Assembly: GCA_964016885.1 (NCBI GenBank)
Contig: OZ024743.1
Coordinates: 192,138,001-192,202,000, forward strand
DNA from: Eledone cirrhosa
Taxonomy: Eukaryota
Direction of reading: 5' to 3'
Length of the DNA stretch: 64,000 nucleotides
Below the pieces are notes generated by a model. That model was not told the DNA's origin and did not search any database. It saw nothing but the letters and a program-made list of their open reading frames with translations. Below are positions 26,540 to 38,577 of this stretch, in pieces (the first letter of the stretch is position 1; each line of letters starts with the position of its first letter). The translations under genes were made by a program, and so were the position numbers.

Positions 26540-27603
26540 ATATATCATCCTCATCGTTTAACATCTATTTTTTCCTGCTAGCAAGCGTTATTATTGGGCA
26601 TGTCATCAGTTCTCAAGTGGAGCCTCTAACCTCCAAGAGGGAGAGAAGCCTGACATATAATCCCACACTCTACCAAGTGCATTTTTTTTTTTGGTACTAA
26701 CACTAAGGAGGTTGTTAGGACTTTGGAATAGCTAAGAGTCTTTGTGACCCTATTTTAGCAGGTTTCCTTTGACTGGAAGCCCTTCTTATCCCCAACCACT
26801 TTACAGAGTGTGCTGGGTGGTTGTTTATCATGTACTGAAGCAGAACATGGGAGATAAAGAATATGTGCTATGATTTGGGCCAATCATGAACATTCCCTAT
26901 TAGCAGCAATGTTGTTTGCCATTGTTGGAAGATTTCCAAAATATGGGTACTGCAAAAGTCAAATTATTTGATTTTCATTGGATAGTATTGTTTAAATAAA
27001 ACATGTGGAAACATAGAAAGGTCTTATTGCTGATGGGTGAATCTACCTGTCCCTGATAGATGAGAGGAGCCAGTGGTAGATCAATGTACTGCTGTATAAA
27101 AACTAATTACCATTGTGTGACATTACTGTGTTCATTTAACTAATAACCTGTACAGGTGATGGAGGAGATTGTTAACTAAATTGCAATTGAATATTTCTCA
27201 AGAGAAGAACATTCATATGCCTGCAAGCAGATATATCTTGAATATTTTGTTCAAATTATTAGAGTGCTTAGTCAAGATGTTAAATTTTTTTGTGAGGCAT
27301 AAGTTACATCTTTTTTTATCCATTTGAATATGAGTTTTCCATGTGAATACAGGCTTTAAACATTACATCAGCTCCTTGGGATGTTGTAAATTGATGGAAA
27401 ACCAAAGAATATATGGCAGGGGATGATGGAGAGAAAATAAAAACTTTGGTGAGGTGAGTGGGGATGCAAACAATAGAGCAACATGAAAACTTTTGTCATG
27501 AGGACCACAAATTTAACCTCTGCTTCAGCAGGAAAAATGGCTTTAAAATATGTGTTGTATTGTCAATAAAATTGATTAATGAAAATTGGAAAGACAAAAC
27601 TAC

Positions 27604-27700
27604 CTGTTTTCCAGAAAGCTGATAGAATGAAAGCTTTTGTCCCCAGTCAGCAATGGCCAACACATCATATACCTCTTCTTTTCCATACATGGCAAAGGAA
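27604..27700 (-). CDS. IFT122: IFT122 internal coding exon (SFAMYGKEEVYDVLAIADWGQKLSFYQLSGKQ)
   Basis: ttttctag| acceptor and CAG|gtagtt donor. 97 nt = 1+96, completing the phase-2 codon of the previous exon. LAIADWGQKLSFYQLSGKQ matches the IFT122 motif; acceptor position slightly less certain. Confidence 0.88.
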
Positions 27701-28045
27701 CTAGAAAAAATGTTAAAATTGTTTAGTAAAGCAGCAAACACTTTCTGACAGATCACTCAAATAATAAAGAGATGAATAAATAGGAAGATAGATAGAACCA
27801 CAATCAAATCGGGAATATCTTTCACTACGCAAAAATTATGCTTTTGAATTACAAGACCAAACACAAATTGTAACGTTAAAATAAAAGGAAAACCTCTAAG
27901 AAACAAAATCTGAAAATAAAAATTTGAATTATCTCTACAACATTTAGAAATGAAAAGTGCAAGATTTGTTGTACTAAAGCACCCATTATACATATATGTA
28001 TAAATATATATATCACCAAGCAGCAACTGTTGTTGTAATAACATG

Positions 28046-28091
<46 letters not shown>

Positions 28092-28429
28092 GTAAACAAT
28101 ACTAAAGATTTGAAAATGCACCTAATGTTTTTTTTATATATACATGCAAATTCAGTGTATAATGAATAGAACTTAGTTCATATGAAATAAATTATAATTT
28201 TTTTAAATAGGTTGGTTTCTAAAAATAATCATAGTTATTTAATTTTTGTATTGACCAGTTTCAGCTATGGGTAGCTTTTCAAACTTTCATTTTCAAGATT
28301 ACATTTGTGTTGGTGCTGTGTATCATTTAACACATCATGAGCCACTTACATCCTTTCTAAGGCATGGGACACAACTGATTATATCCTTGCAGCTCTGATG
28401 ATTATATATATATAATCATCAAATATATA

Positions 28430-28431
28430 TA

Positions 28432-28462
<31 letters not shown>

Positions 28463-28469
28463 AAGAGTT

Positions 28470-28501
<32 letters not shown>

Positions 28502-28502
28502 T

Positions 28503-28542
<40 letters not shown>

Positions 28543-29074
28543 TGTAATATCCCAAGCGCGACGCCAAGCCGTTTCAACTTCTATGGTCAGCAAGGCTTGC
28601 TGAACATACAAGCTGGAACCACTTAATGCCACACTCAGGATATTACATATCTCTATACCCACTCTGCATCTCCCTATGCATTGAGTACTCCCATGATTAG
28701 TGGTCTCCCCGGTCTCAGCACTGTAGACTCTCTCTCTCTCTCTCTCTCTCTCTTTTTCTGTGTAAAAAATAAGATGATAATGGGTGATAATGGATATAGC
28801 CATAGAATTTTAACTGATCAGTGAGAGGCAGGTGAGGAATGTGAAGTGGGGTTAGTGAAAAGGTTAGTGGGGTTGGAAGGATGAAGTGGTGGATGGAATA
28901 TACATCAGTATACAATTACACATGTACATAAATATACATACATACACACAAACATATATGCACTTTCATACACACACTAAATACACATATGTAGTTGCTT
29001 ACATACACATAAATAAATAAATAGGAAAAGAGTCACAGCCCCGACGGCTGAGCTCCAGCCGTTTCAACAGCTAG
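28430..29074 (+). mobile_element. Non-autonomous Helitron (5' end approximate)
   Basis: 3' hairpin ACGGCTG-AGCTC-CAGCCGT followed by TTCAACAG-CTAG; microsatellite-rich interior. Confidence 0.55.
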
Positions 29075-29479
29075 ATCTGAAATAAATAAATATGTATGTA
29101 TACACACAAACACACATATACATAAAAGACATAGAAGGGAATATATAAAAAAAGGAAATACATAAAAATATATATATAAAAAAGAAAATAAATAAAAAAT
29201 ATTTAAAATTATATATATATATGGTGCGTGTGTTTCTTATTGGCAACATGACCCTCCCAAAGTATAACAATATCGGTTTCAACACACGTTTTCAGATAAA
29301 GAATCTTGCTAAACAAATTCAGAAACGAAGGCTCAGTCCCACCATAGGGCACCTTGGTTATGTGTCTTCTACCATAGCCTTAGATCAATCAATACCTTAT
29401 GGGTGAATTATGTACATCTGTGTGTCTGTGTCTTCATATCAACACCATTTGAAGCAAGCAATGAAGTTTGTTATGTCCT

Positions 29480-30500
29480 CTATAAAAATTTACTATGACT
29501 TGGCATCTCTTAAGGCATCTACCAATTGTTTTGTATTTTTGTTTTTTTCAGGAAAATTAAGACATTACTAGCTATTGGGCTTGCTACTGCAAAGTTGTAA
29601 GGTGGGTTATAATAACAAATATTCCTCTATTCTGATTTTGAATATTAGGTGGGGGACCCTTTTTTTTTTTTTTTTGCTACCTTTTCCTGAAAACAGTATC
29701 TAGATAGGTCATTATTACAGCATTGGAATAAATCCTTTAAAAAAAAATAATTCAAAGAATTTTGGGAGAGCCTAAAGCATATAGTCTTCACTAAGTTTCT
29801 AAAGATGGCTTGAGTGCAGGTAAGTGTAGTTCAGGGATTCTTTCGGTTTGTGGAATGGAAAATATATAGAGGTTTACAAGTCTAAATTATTGGTGAAAAT
29901 GAGTTTCGAATCTCTGGTTATATGCAATGACATGTTCTTCAAGAACAAAATCTATCTATTGTTTGTGGGTTAGTGCTATGCAGCACCAATATCCTCTCAT
30001 TTTGGTATAATCTTCCACTAATACCTGTAAAGGAAATACTTCCGTAGAATCATTTTGTCTTGTGCTGACATCAAATGGTATGATATATTTTGTCCATCTT
30101 AGTAAAGTTGTTATAGTAGATTAGTACTTTCCTTACACATAGAATTAAATCAACATTCATATCAAACAGAGTTTTGATCATTCTAGCAACCATGATTGTT
30201 TTGATGATTAGTGAATCAGTGATTGAAGCAAAATAATTCTTGGTGTCAAACAGCAGGAATCTAGTGGCATTCTTATTGTGTATAAACTTAAATTATACTA
30301 TTACTTCAAAGGTATTTTTCTGTATAAGCAGAGCTGATATTTCTGACATTTGGTATAATTTTGTCCAAAATCTTATTCCTATTTATAGTGCTGATATCCA
30401 TGCTTGTAATGCTTATGAGCCTAATGGACTGTTTTAACTTGAAATTAAGTTTGCAGTCTTCAAAGATGAAAGAGAGTTTTTATCTATTATAAATTATGCT
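29480..30500 (-). mobile_element. Heavily decayed Penelope-like element reverse transcriptase remnant
   Basis: Minus-strand peptide remnants in colinear order: WTKYIIPFDVSTRQNDSTEV, PFHKPKESLNYTYLHSSH and YYNPPYNFAVASPIA. These resemble PLE motifs FDVxMGxxDxxE, PYxKPxxxxxYxxxxSxHP and WFNPPY. Confidence 0.6.
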
Positions 30501-31319
30501 ATTTACTATTATACAAGCGCCTAAATTATGTTATGGCTATTGTCTATGTTACTATAGTTGTTATCATTATTATTGTCTTCCATTTTACCGTTGTTCTTCC
30601 TACCATTATTAACAAAAGAGTTTTGGCCCTTTACGGTCTGAGTTCAAATCCTGCCAAGGTTAGCTTTGCCTTTCATCCTTATGGGGTCAATAAAATAAAG
30701 TACCAGTAATGCACTGGGGTCAATTTAATCGACTATCCCGTCCTGCAAATCAGAAACTATTATTAATAAATTAATTGTTTCTACTTTAGGCACAAGGCCA
30801 GCAATTACCCAGTGCATTACTGGTACTTTATTTTATCGACCCCGTAAAGATGAAAGGCAAAGTCAACCTCGGCGGGATTTGAACTCAATTTATTAACTAT
30901 TATTAATAAATTAATGGTTGGAAGAATCATTAGACTGTCAGACAAAATTTTTTGTGACATTTAGTAACAGCTCTTTTCATTCTTTCCACTAAGGGCAACT
31001 TTGACTTTCATTCTTCCAGGGTGGATAAAATAAAGTGCCAGTAAAGAACAGAAGCTAATATAATTGACCCCCCCATAAATTGCTACTCGTGTGCCTAAAT
31101 TAGATTACCATAACCATTTAACATATGGCAATATATCTTATTTTTTTATGTTAAAAATTATAATTTGGCTCACAATTATTTACCCATCAGTTAGCTGTTA
31201 ATGAAAACATTTCCCTCTATGATAACTTAAACATCCTTACATCTGGATGGTAGGACAGGCTGGCTAGATAGAAAACTGGCCAAGACGTTAGTCAGTTGCT
31301 ACCTTTCATATATACACCA

Positions 31320-31640
31320 GGTCGGAACACAAAAGAACCAAACTCCCACTGTCACTGCCTCTGTCCCTCCCGCTCTCTCCATCTCTCACTATTGTGAGCA
31401 AATGGGGGTCCATATGTTGGCCACGCTGCGGAACCAGCAGACAAAATAGAGAAGGTGTTTCCCTGGAGGATGGTGAATGAGACACACTGAAAGAGCCATT
31501 CCAGCTCACGAGGCTCACACCTGCGGATAGCCAACTCTGCCGATGGTAGTGAGCAGGAAGGTGGCTCTAGAGACAAGGATACCAGAAGTCTCCACTGCCA
31601 TGGGCTTGACTACAAACCTGTCAGAGAGTGACCGATATTT
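31320..31640. repeat. Interspersed repeat, also present at ~58120-58340
   Basis: Shared AAACTCCCACTGTCA...GTGAGCAAATGGGG(G)TCC...TGGCCAC...GAGGATGGT; family unidentified. Confidence 0.6.
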
Positions 31641-33451
31641 GTCATTTGTTATCCTGTCAACATATGATTTTTTCATGATTTTAATGTTTGATAATTATTA
31701 ACATTCAAATACATTTTTCTCCCCGAGTCAAGAATGTTTTTCCTGATTTCATTGTATAATAATTAATATTTAGTAAGTGTTATTCTTAGTGACCGTTATT
31801 CCTGATTTATTATTTAGTTGTTTCTTTGGTTTAATTGACACATGCATGCATCTATCTGTGTGTATATCATGACTCATACACTGTTCTCTTTCCTGACATT
31901 TGTACATTATTCTATGTACTATTCATGCACCTTTGATGGGTTTTAGTGCACCTGAGCACTGTACACAATAATTTTCATTATTATCATTATTATAAAAATT
32001 GTACAATAAGAATTTATTTATTTATCTAAAAGCTTATAGTTATTTCTGATTTAATGGTTCAATAATTATTTACTAAATGATAACAACAATTACCATTATT
32101 CACTTAGAACATTCTAGTTCTTTGATTTTTAATTATCTATTTACACATTAATAATGGTATAAAAATTACTTATTTTTTTATTTAATGATTGTATTATTTG
32201 TTTAATAATAAAAAAAACTTAGAAAATCATCCCTAATTTAATTTATAATAATCATTCATTTATTCATTAACTTAAATATCTAAAGTGCTTTTCCTGATTC
32301 AATGGTGCAATAATTGTTCCCTAAGTAATAACAATAATATGCCAGCATGGAAAGCAAGTGTAAAATGACAATGACATACTTAAAATGTTTTTATCCATTC
32401 ATCATTATCATCATTTAATGTCCATTTTCCCTGCTAGCTAAGGCTGGATGTGTCTTTAAAGACCAGTCAATACTTAAGTGGGGCCTCTGACCTCAAGGTG
32501 AGCTGGGAGCGTGCTCTGCTGAGTGTATTTTATCATAGTAACAACACTAGGAAGGTTGTGATGTTTTTGACATAGCTGAAGAAAGGAGATGTAAAATGAT
32601 GATGACTTACTTAAAACATTCGTATTTATCATCATTATCTTTAAGATTTGTTTACTCTGCTAGCAGATCAGTCAGTACCCTGACCTCGAGGTGAGCTAGA
32701 AGCCCAACATACAGTCCTGCACTTTATGGAGTACATTTTATCATGTCACCAACACTAGCAAAGTTGTCATGTCTTTGACACAGCTAAAGAGTCCTCCCAA
32801 ACTTTTGTTTGGAAGGTTTCTACAGCTAGCTGTTCTTCCTATCACTAACCACATTTATATATTCATGCATTAATGTTAAAATCCTATCTCCCTATAATTA
32901 TTCATTTATGTATGTATTTATTCATACAATTATTTTTCTGCATTTGAATTTTCCTACATTCTCTATGAATCTCATAATCTCTCAGCACTTTGAAAGTTCA
33001 ACCTTTACATACAATGTTGTTTACATTTCAAAGCTATTATTTAGCTTCTTATTTAGATGGTGATCACTGTCAGAGGTTGTTTAGCTCAATGGTTAGAAAT
33101 ATCAGCCGGTATCTGAAAGCCGGTATCTTCCTAGCAACAGCTAGCCACATTTTTCCATCTACAAGGAGTCTTTGTCTGATTTTCTGTATTGACAGTTATT
33201 TTTCTGCATCTGAATCTTCCTACATTTTCTATGAAACTTAGAATCTCTCAGGGCTTCAAAAAGTTCAAACTTTGCATACAGTATATCTATTTATTAATTT
33301 CAAGAACGTCAGTATTCCGTGTCATAATTCTCGATTATCATTGGTTCATAGGTTTCAAACAACTTCGTCCACCTCAACGACGCCAAACTGAAATTAATAT
33401 GCATAATGCCAATGAGGGAGTGAGAGGGGAGAGTGTGAACGCTGTGTTCAA

Positions 33452-34115
33452 TAACTATTAACATGTGTGCATGTGTATGTACGTGCGTGTATGTTTATGT
33501 GTGTGTACGTGCATGCAGCGTTCCACAGAAAGTAAAAACTATCAACATGTGTGAGTGTGTGCGTGTGTAAGTTTGCATGCGTGTGCGCGTTTCCATGCGT
33601 GTATGTGTGTGGCGTTCCACAATCGCCATGCAGTTTATCTGTCTGTTTGCCTGTCTGTCAGTCTAACATACACAGAGTTGTTAATGGAGTAAATAGGGAC
33701 CTTCTTTACATTGCCGAACATCTTTTATATTTATTATTGTGTCATTTTTTATACACTATGTATATGTGTCAGTGTAGAGACATGTGTGTGTGATGTGTGT
33801 GGAAATAAGAGGGGAAGGAAAGCAATAACTATTAACATGTGTGCATGTGTATGTACGTGTGCGTATGTTTATGTGTGTGTGTGTGCATGATTGCAGCGTT
33901 CCACAATAAGTAAAAACTATAAACATGTGTGAGTGTGTGCAAGTTTGCGTGTGCGTGTTTCCATGCGTGTATGTGTGTGGCGTTCCACAATCGCCACACA
34001 GTTTATCTGTCTGTGTGCCTGTCTGTCAGTCTAACATACACAGAGTTGTGAAGGGAGTAAATAGGGACCTTTCTTTACATTGACGGACATCTTTTTTATT
34101 TATTATTGTCATTTT
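33452..34115 (+). repeat. ~370-bp direct repeat (two copies) in the Helitron 5' region
   Basis: AATAACTATTAACATGTGTGCATG...GTAAATAGGGACCTT..TTTACATTG at ~33452 and ~33824. Confidence 0.85.
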
Positions 34116-34131
34116 TTGACAATTGCTCGAA

Positions 34132-37100
34132 ATGAATACTGATAATAAAAGCAATTCGACTTTATCAAACAGTGAACTACAGCGCCGACGGTGTGCAGCC
34201 AGCAATGAAGAAAAACGGGCCAAGCAGCGCCATCGGAACGCCGAACTTCAGAGGCGATGACGTGCCGCCATGAATGAAGAGGAGCTGGCTGATCAACGGC
34301 AACGAAACACTGGAGCCAAGCAGCGACAGCGTGCTGCGATGGTTGAAGACGAACTGGCTGAGCATCATCAGTAGATGGCCAGAATTCAGCAGCAACGGCG
34401 TGCTGCGATGGATGAAGAGGAGCTGGCTGAACAGCGCCAGCGCAATACAGAAGTTCAGAGAATGTGTCGCCAAAGTGCTCCTCATTTCAGTAAAGAAGCT
34501 AGAAGGCGAACGGATGATATCAAAAATAGATCATGGCAACTGTGTCATTTTCAGATAGGTGGACGAACAGAGTGTCCACATTGTGGAGCATTGCTTTGGA
34601 GGCAAGAAAAGATGTGGACCACAATGTGCTGTCATAAAGGAGCAGTTCAACTAGAACCCTTGCGAATGCCGGATGATGAGGAGTCACCGGAGTTTAAAAT
34701 ACTAAGTATGTGGGGTGATCAAGGAGACCGAGGTAGATTACTGCGCAAATATTCGCGGCAAGTTAACAATTCATTAGCTTTAGCATCGCAGAGAGTTAGT
34801 GAGATGTTTGCGAGTGGAGTATGGCAACCGAATGTAGTCATTCAAGGCCGTTTGTATCATTGTATCGGTAATTTAGAAGTTACCTCAGGAGAGAGGCTTC
34901 GATTCACTCAAATTTACGTTAACGATCCAGATTATAGTGAATTGGAGGAGGATATCAGGATCGGTTGGATGAAATATAACAGGATCGGTTGCCGGGAAAT
35001 ATAACTAACTTGAATGGCAAAGGTTAAGTGATTTGATCCGTGATTTGCAATCATGGCTTAGACGGTGTAATCCTTATGTTATGGATTTCATGTTGGTGGC
35101 TGAACTGCAAAATGTTCAGCAGCAAACATTGATTAAGGCTGACGCAGTGCCAAGGAATCAACACGAACGGCAATATAATGCCCCTGAAGGATTTCGTGAA
35201 GTTGCTGTGTTGATGGACGATAAGCCTGGATCGGGAGATATCGTCCTCAATCGCAGAGATGGTGGTCTCAAGACTGTCAATGAGTCAAATAGGGCATATG
35301 ATCCATTACATTATGTTCTTTTATTCCCAAAAGGTGAAAATGGATAGAACATGTCTGTTCATTTAGATGATCATGAGAATCAGCATCAACAGGGAGGTGG
35401 CAATAGACACAATAATTTGATTCGCGACTTTTACGCGTTCCATTTGAACGAGAGGAATCAACAGAGAAATGCGCTATTTCAAGCCAGCAGATTGTTCCAG
35501 GAATACTGTTGTATGGCATTCGCAAGGATCGAAAATCAAAGGCTAAATTATATAGCTACAAATCAGCAACATATCAGAGCTGAATTGTATAATAATATAC
35601 AGGATGCGATAAGAGCCGATGATGCCAATTACAGGCAAATTAGTCAACGCATCATTTTGCCATCATCGTTCATCAGCGGCCCGAGATATATGAACATTCG
35701 CTATCAGGATGCAATGGCTATTGTCAGAAAGTTTGGAAAGCCAGATTTGTTTATAACGGTTGCATGCAATCCTGAATGGACTGATATTAAGGATGCACTT
35801 TTGCCAGGACAACAGCCAAAGGACCGTCCTGATATTGTGCACTATGCAACTTGGTGGCAAAGTCAATGGTGCACAACCAATGCGGAGTGGCAAATCGGAA
35901 AACGCCTTGCATGAAAAATGGCCAATGCAGTAAGCACTTTCCGAAATGTTTTGTCACGAACACTTCCTGGAACGATGGGGATGCTCATCCCTCATACAGA
36001 AGACGGTCGCCTGCAAATGGCGGTTTGGTCGAAAATGTAAACGGTTGACAGGTTACAAATCAATGTGTTGTGCCATACAATCCATATTTGATTATGAAAT
36101 ATCGTTGTCATATTAATGTGGAAATTTGTAGCTCAGTGAAAGCTTGCAAATATCTATTCAAATATGTTTACAAAGGTCATGATCGGGCAATGATCAATGT
36201 CAGGAATGAGGAAGTGAACCAAGGAGATGAAGTTGGCAGGTTCCAGGATGTTCGCTCGATTGGATCTAGTGAAGCTTGCTGGAGATTGTTCGATTTTGAT
36301 CTCAATAAATGCAAACCCAGCGTTCAGAAACTGACGGTTCACTTAGAGAATAGGCAAATGGTCTGTTTTCAGGACACTAGAAGAGGTGTCGAAAGAATTG
36401 CTAACGCACCACCTCCTAAGACGGAATTGACTGAGTGGTTCAAGCATAATAGGGAACATGCTTTGAACCCGGATCAAAGGCAACTCTACTGCGATTTCCT
36501 TCGCACTATACGTGGGATAAGAAGGGAAAAAAATGGAATGATAGAAAACAGAAGTTGAGATTCATGACTATTGGATGGGTTTGTAATGTCCATCCAGCAT
36601 CTGGTGATGTGTTTTATCTCCGAATTCTGTTGCATATTGATTTTTCGAGAGGTAAACAGAGCTTTGCTGATTTGAAAACAATCAATGGCGTGGAATATGA
36701 AACATACCAGGCTGTGTGTCAGCATCTGGGACTCCTTCAGGATGACGCTGAATGGAATAACGCCATGGAAGCTGCAGGAACAACACAGATGCCAGCTCAA
36801 ATAAGGCAGTTGTTTATCAAGATTCTAGGATTCTGCCATCCTGCCGATCCAAGAGAGTTATTTGAACGCCATTGGGGAATTATGGCTGATGATTTTAGGC
36901 ATCATCTTCAGGTCGATGATGAAAATTTGATGAAAGCTATTGTTTTGCTCAATATTGAGCAACTGCTTGAAGTTCATTTCAAATGTTTAACAGATTTCAA
37001 TTTGCCAATTCCTGATGAAGAAATGCGGCAACGTGTCTTAGCATTGAACATGAGATTGCAGCTTAGACGGTTGCCACTCGATCGGATGGAACTATTCCAG

Positions 37101-38577
37101 TTTGATCCACTGGAACAGCAACGTATTGTGGATGAACGTATACCAATGTTGACCCAATCTCTGAGAGAATTGGGCGATGGCATTCTCCACTTGATTTCCA
37201 CTAATGAGCAACTTTGTGCTTTCATAGATGCTCCAGGAGGCACCGGAAAGACATTCTGTTTCAACACTATGTTATCGGCAGTCAGAGCTCAGAAGAAGAT
37301 TGCTCTCCCTGTGGCCACCAGTGGGATCGCCACTTTGCTGAATGGTGGAAGGACCTTCCACTCATGCTTCAAGGCTCCATTGGCTCCGGATGAGTTGAGT
37401 GTCTGTAACATTACAGGACAAAGTGAAGTCGCGGGCCTTATACGCAATACATCTCTGATTATTTGGGACGAGTCTCCAATGGCACACAGATATTTGCTGG
37501 AGGCATTGGACAGAACTTTGAGAGATATCTGCAGTAGTGACCTGCCATTCGGTGGTAAGACTATCGTTCTTGGTGGCAATTTCAGACAGCTGCTACCAAT
37601 TGTTAGGAATGCTCAAAGAGTGCAAATTGTCGATGCATGTCTGAAAAAGTCCCCGTTGTGGCACCATTTCAGAGTTTTGCGATTACACGATAATATGCGA
37701 CTTCGTATGTTTGGGCAAAATGAAGAGGCTGAGACATACGGTTGATGAAGTTGGGAAACGATGAATTGCCACACGTTGGTGATAATCAGACTGTAAGAAT
37801 CCCAGACCATTTGGTCATGCCACTGGACCGCCAAGCATTGATTGACTGGGTGTTCCCTAATTTGAATGCTTTTTGGCAGAATATCTCCTGGATATCGGAA
37901 CGCGTTATTCTAACTCATACGAATGCAACAGTCGATGAAATAAATTCACAAGTAGCCGGAATGTTTCCTGGAGAGGAATGGTTGACCGTCAGTGCGGATG
38001 CAATGGAGCCTAATCAGCAGAACAATATGGATGTTCCAACTGAGTATCTGAATTCACTTCAAATACCTGGATTTCCCCCACATATTTTGAGGTTGAAAAA
38101 GGGTATGCCGATTATATTGCTTAGAAATATCAATCATAAAATGGGTCTTTGCAATGGTACCAGATTGATTGTTGAGAGATTGATTAACGGAAGAGTTTTA
38201 GAAGCTAAACTCCCAGAGAGGAATCGGTTCTCATTCCGAGGATCATGCTGAGACCAAGTGAAGATCTGCTGCCATTCATTTGGCAAAGAAGACAGTTTCC
38301 CGCCAATTTGGCCTTCTCCATGACTGTCAACAAGGCACAAGGACAGACTTTCAAGCGAGTCGGTGTCTACTTGAATGATCCAGCATTCAGCCATGGGCAA
38401 CTGTTTGTTGCTGCATCTCGAGTGTGCGATCCTGATGGTATAAAATTTGGAATTGATACCACTAACAGAGTATTACAGTATTGGAAAAAAATTGGTTTCA
38501 CTGCTATGTTGCTCAATAAATACCAACAAGTATTGGTAGAAATTGCCTTCACTGCTATGAATATTCGACGTACATGA
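34132..38577 (+). pseudogene. Helitron RepHel (HUH Rep + PIF1-family helicase) broken by stops, frameshifts and a deletion
   Basis: CPHCGALLW..CCHKG Zn motif; YDPLHYVLLFP; ILPSSFISGPRYM..YQDAMAIVRKFGKPDLFIT; KYLFKYVYKG; Walker A DAPGGTGKT; IIWDE; GNFRQLLP; LLRNINHKMGLCNGTRL; QFPANLAFSMTVNKAQGQT; FSHGQLFVAASRV. Confidence 0.93.

Noticed and set aside
36555-38577. Host PIF1 helicase gene
   Set aside because: Intronless, disrupted, fused to Helitron Rep motifs and bounded by Helitron termini.
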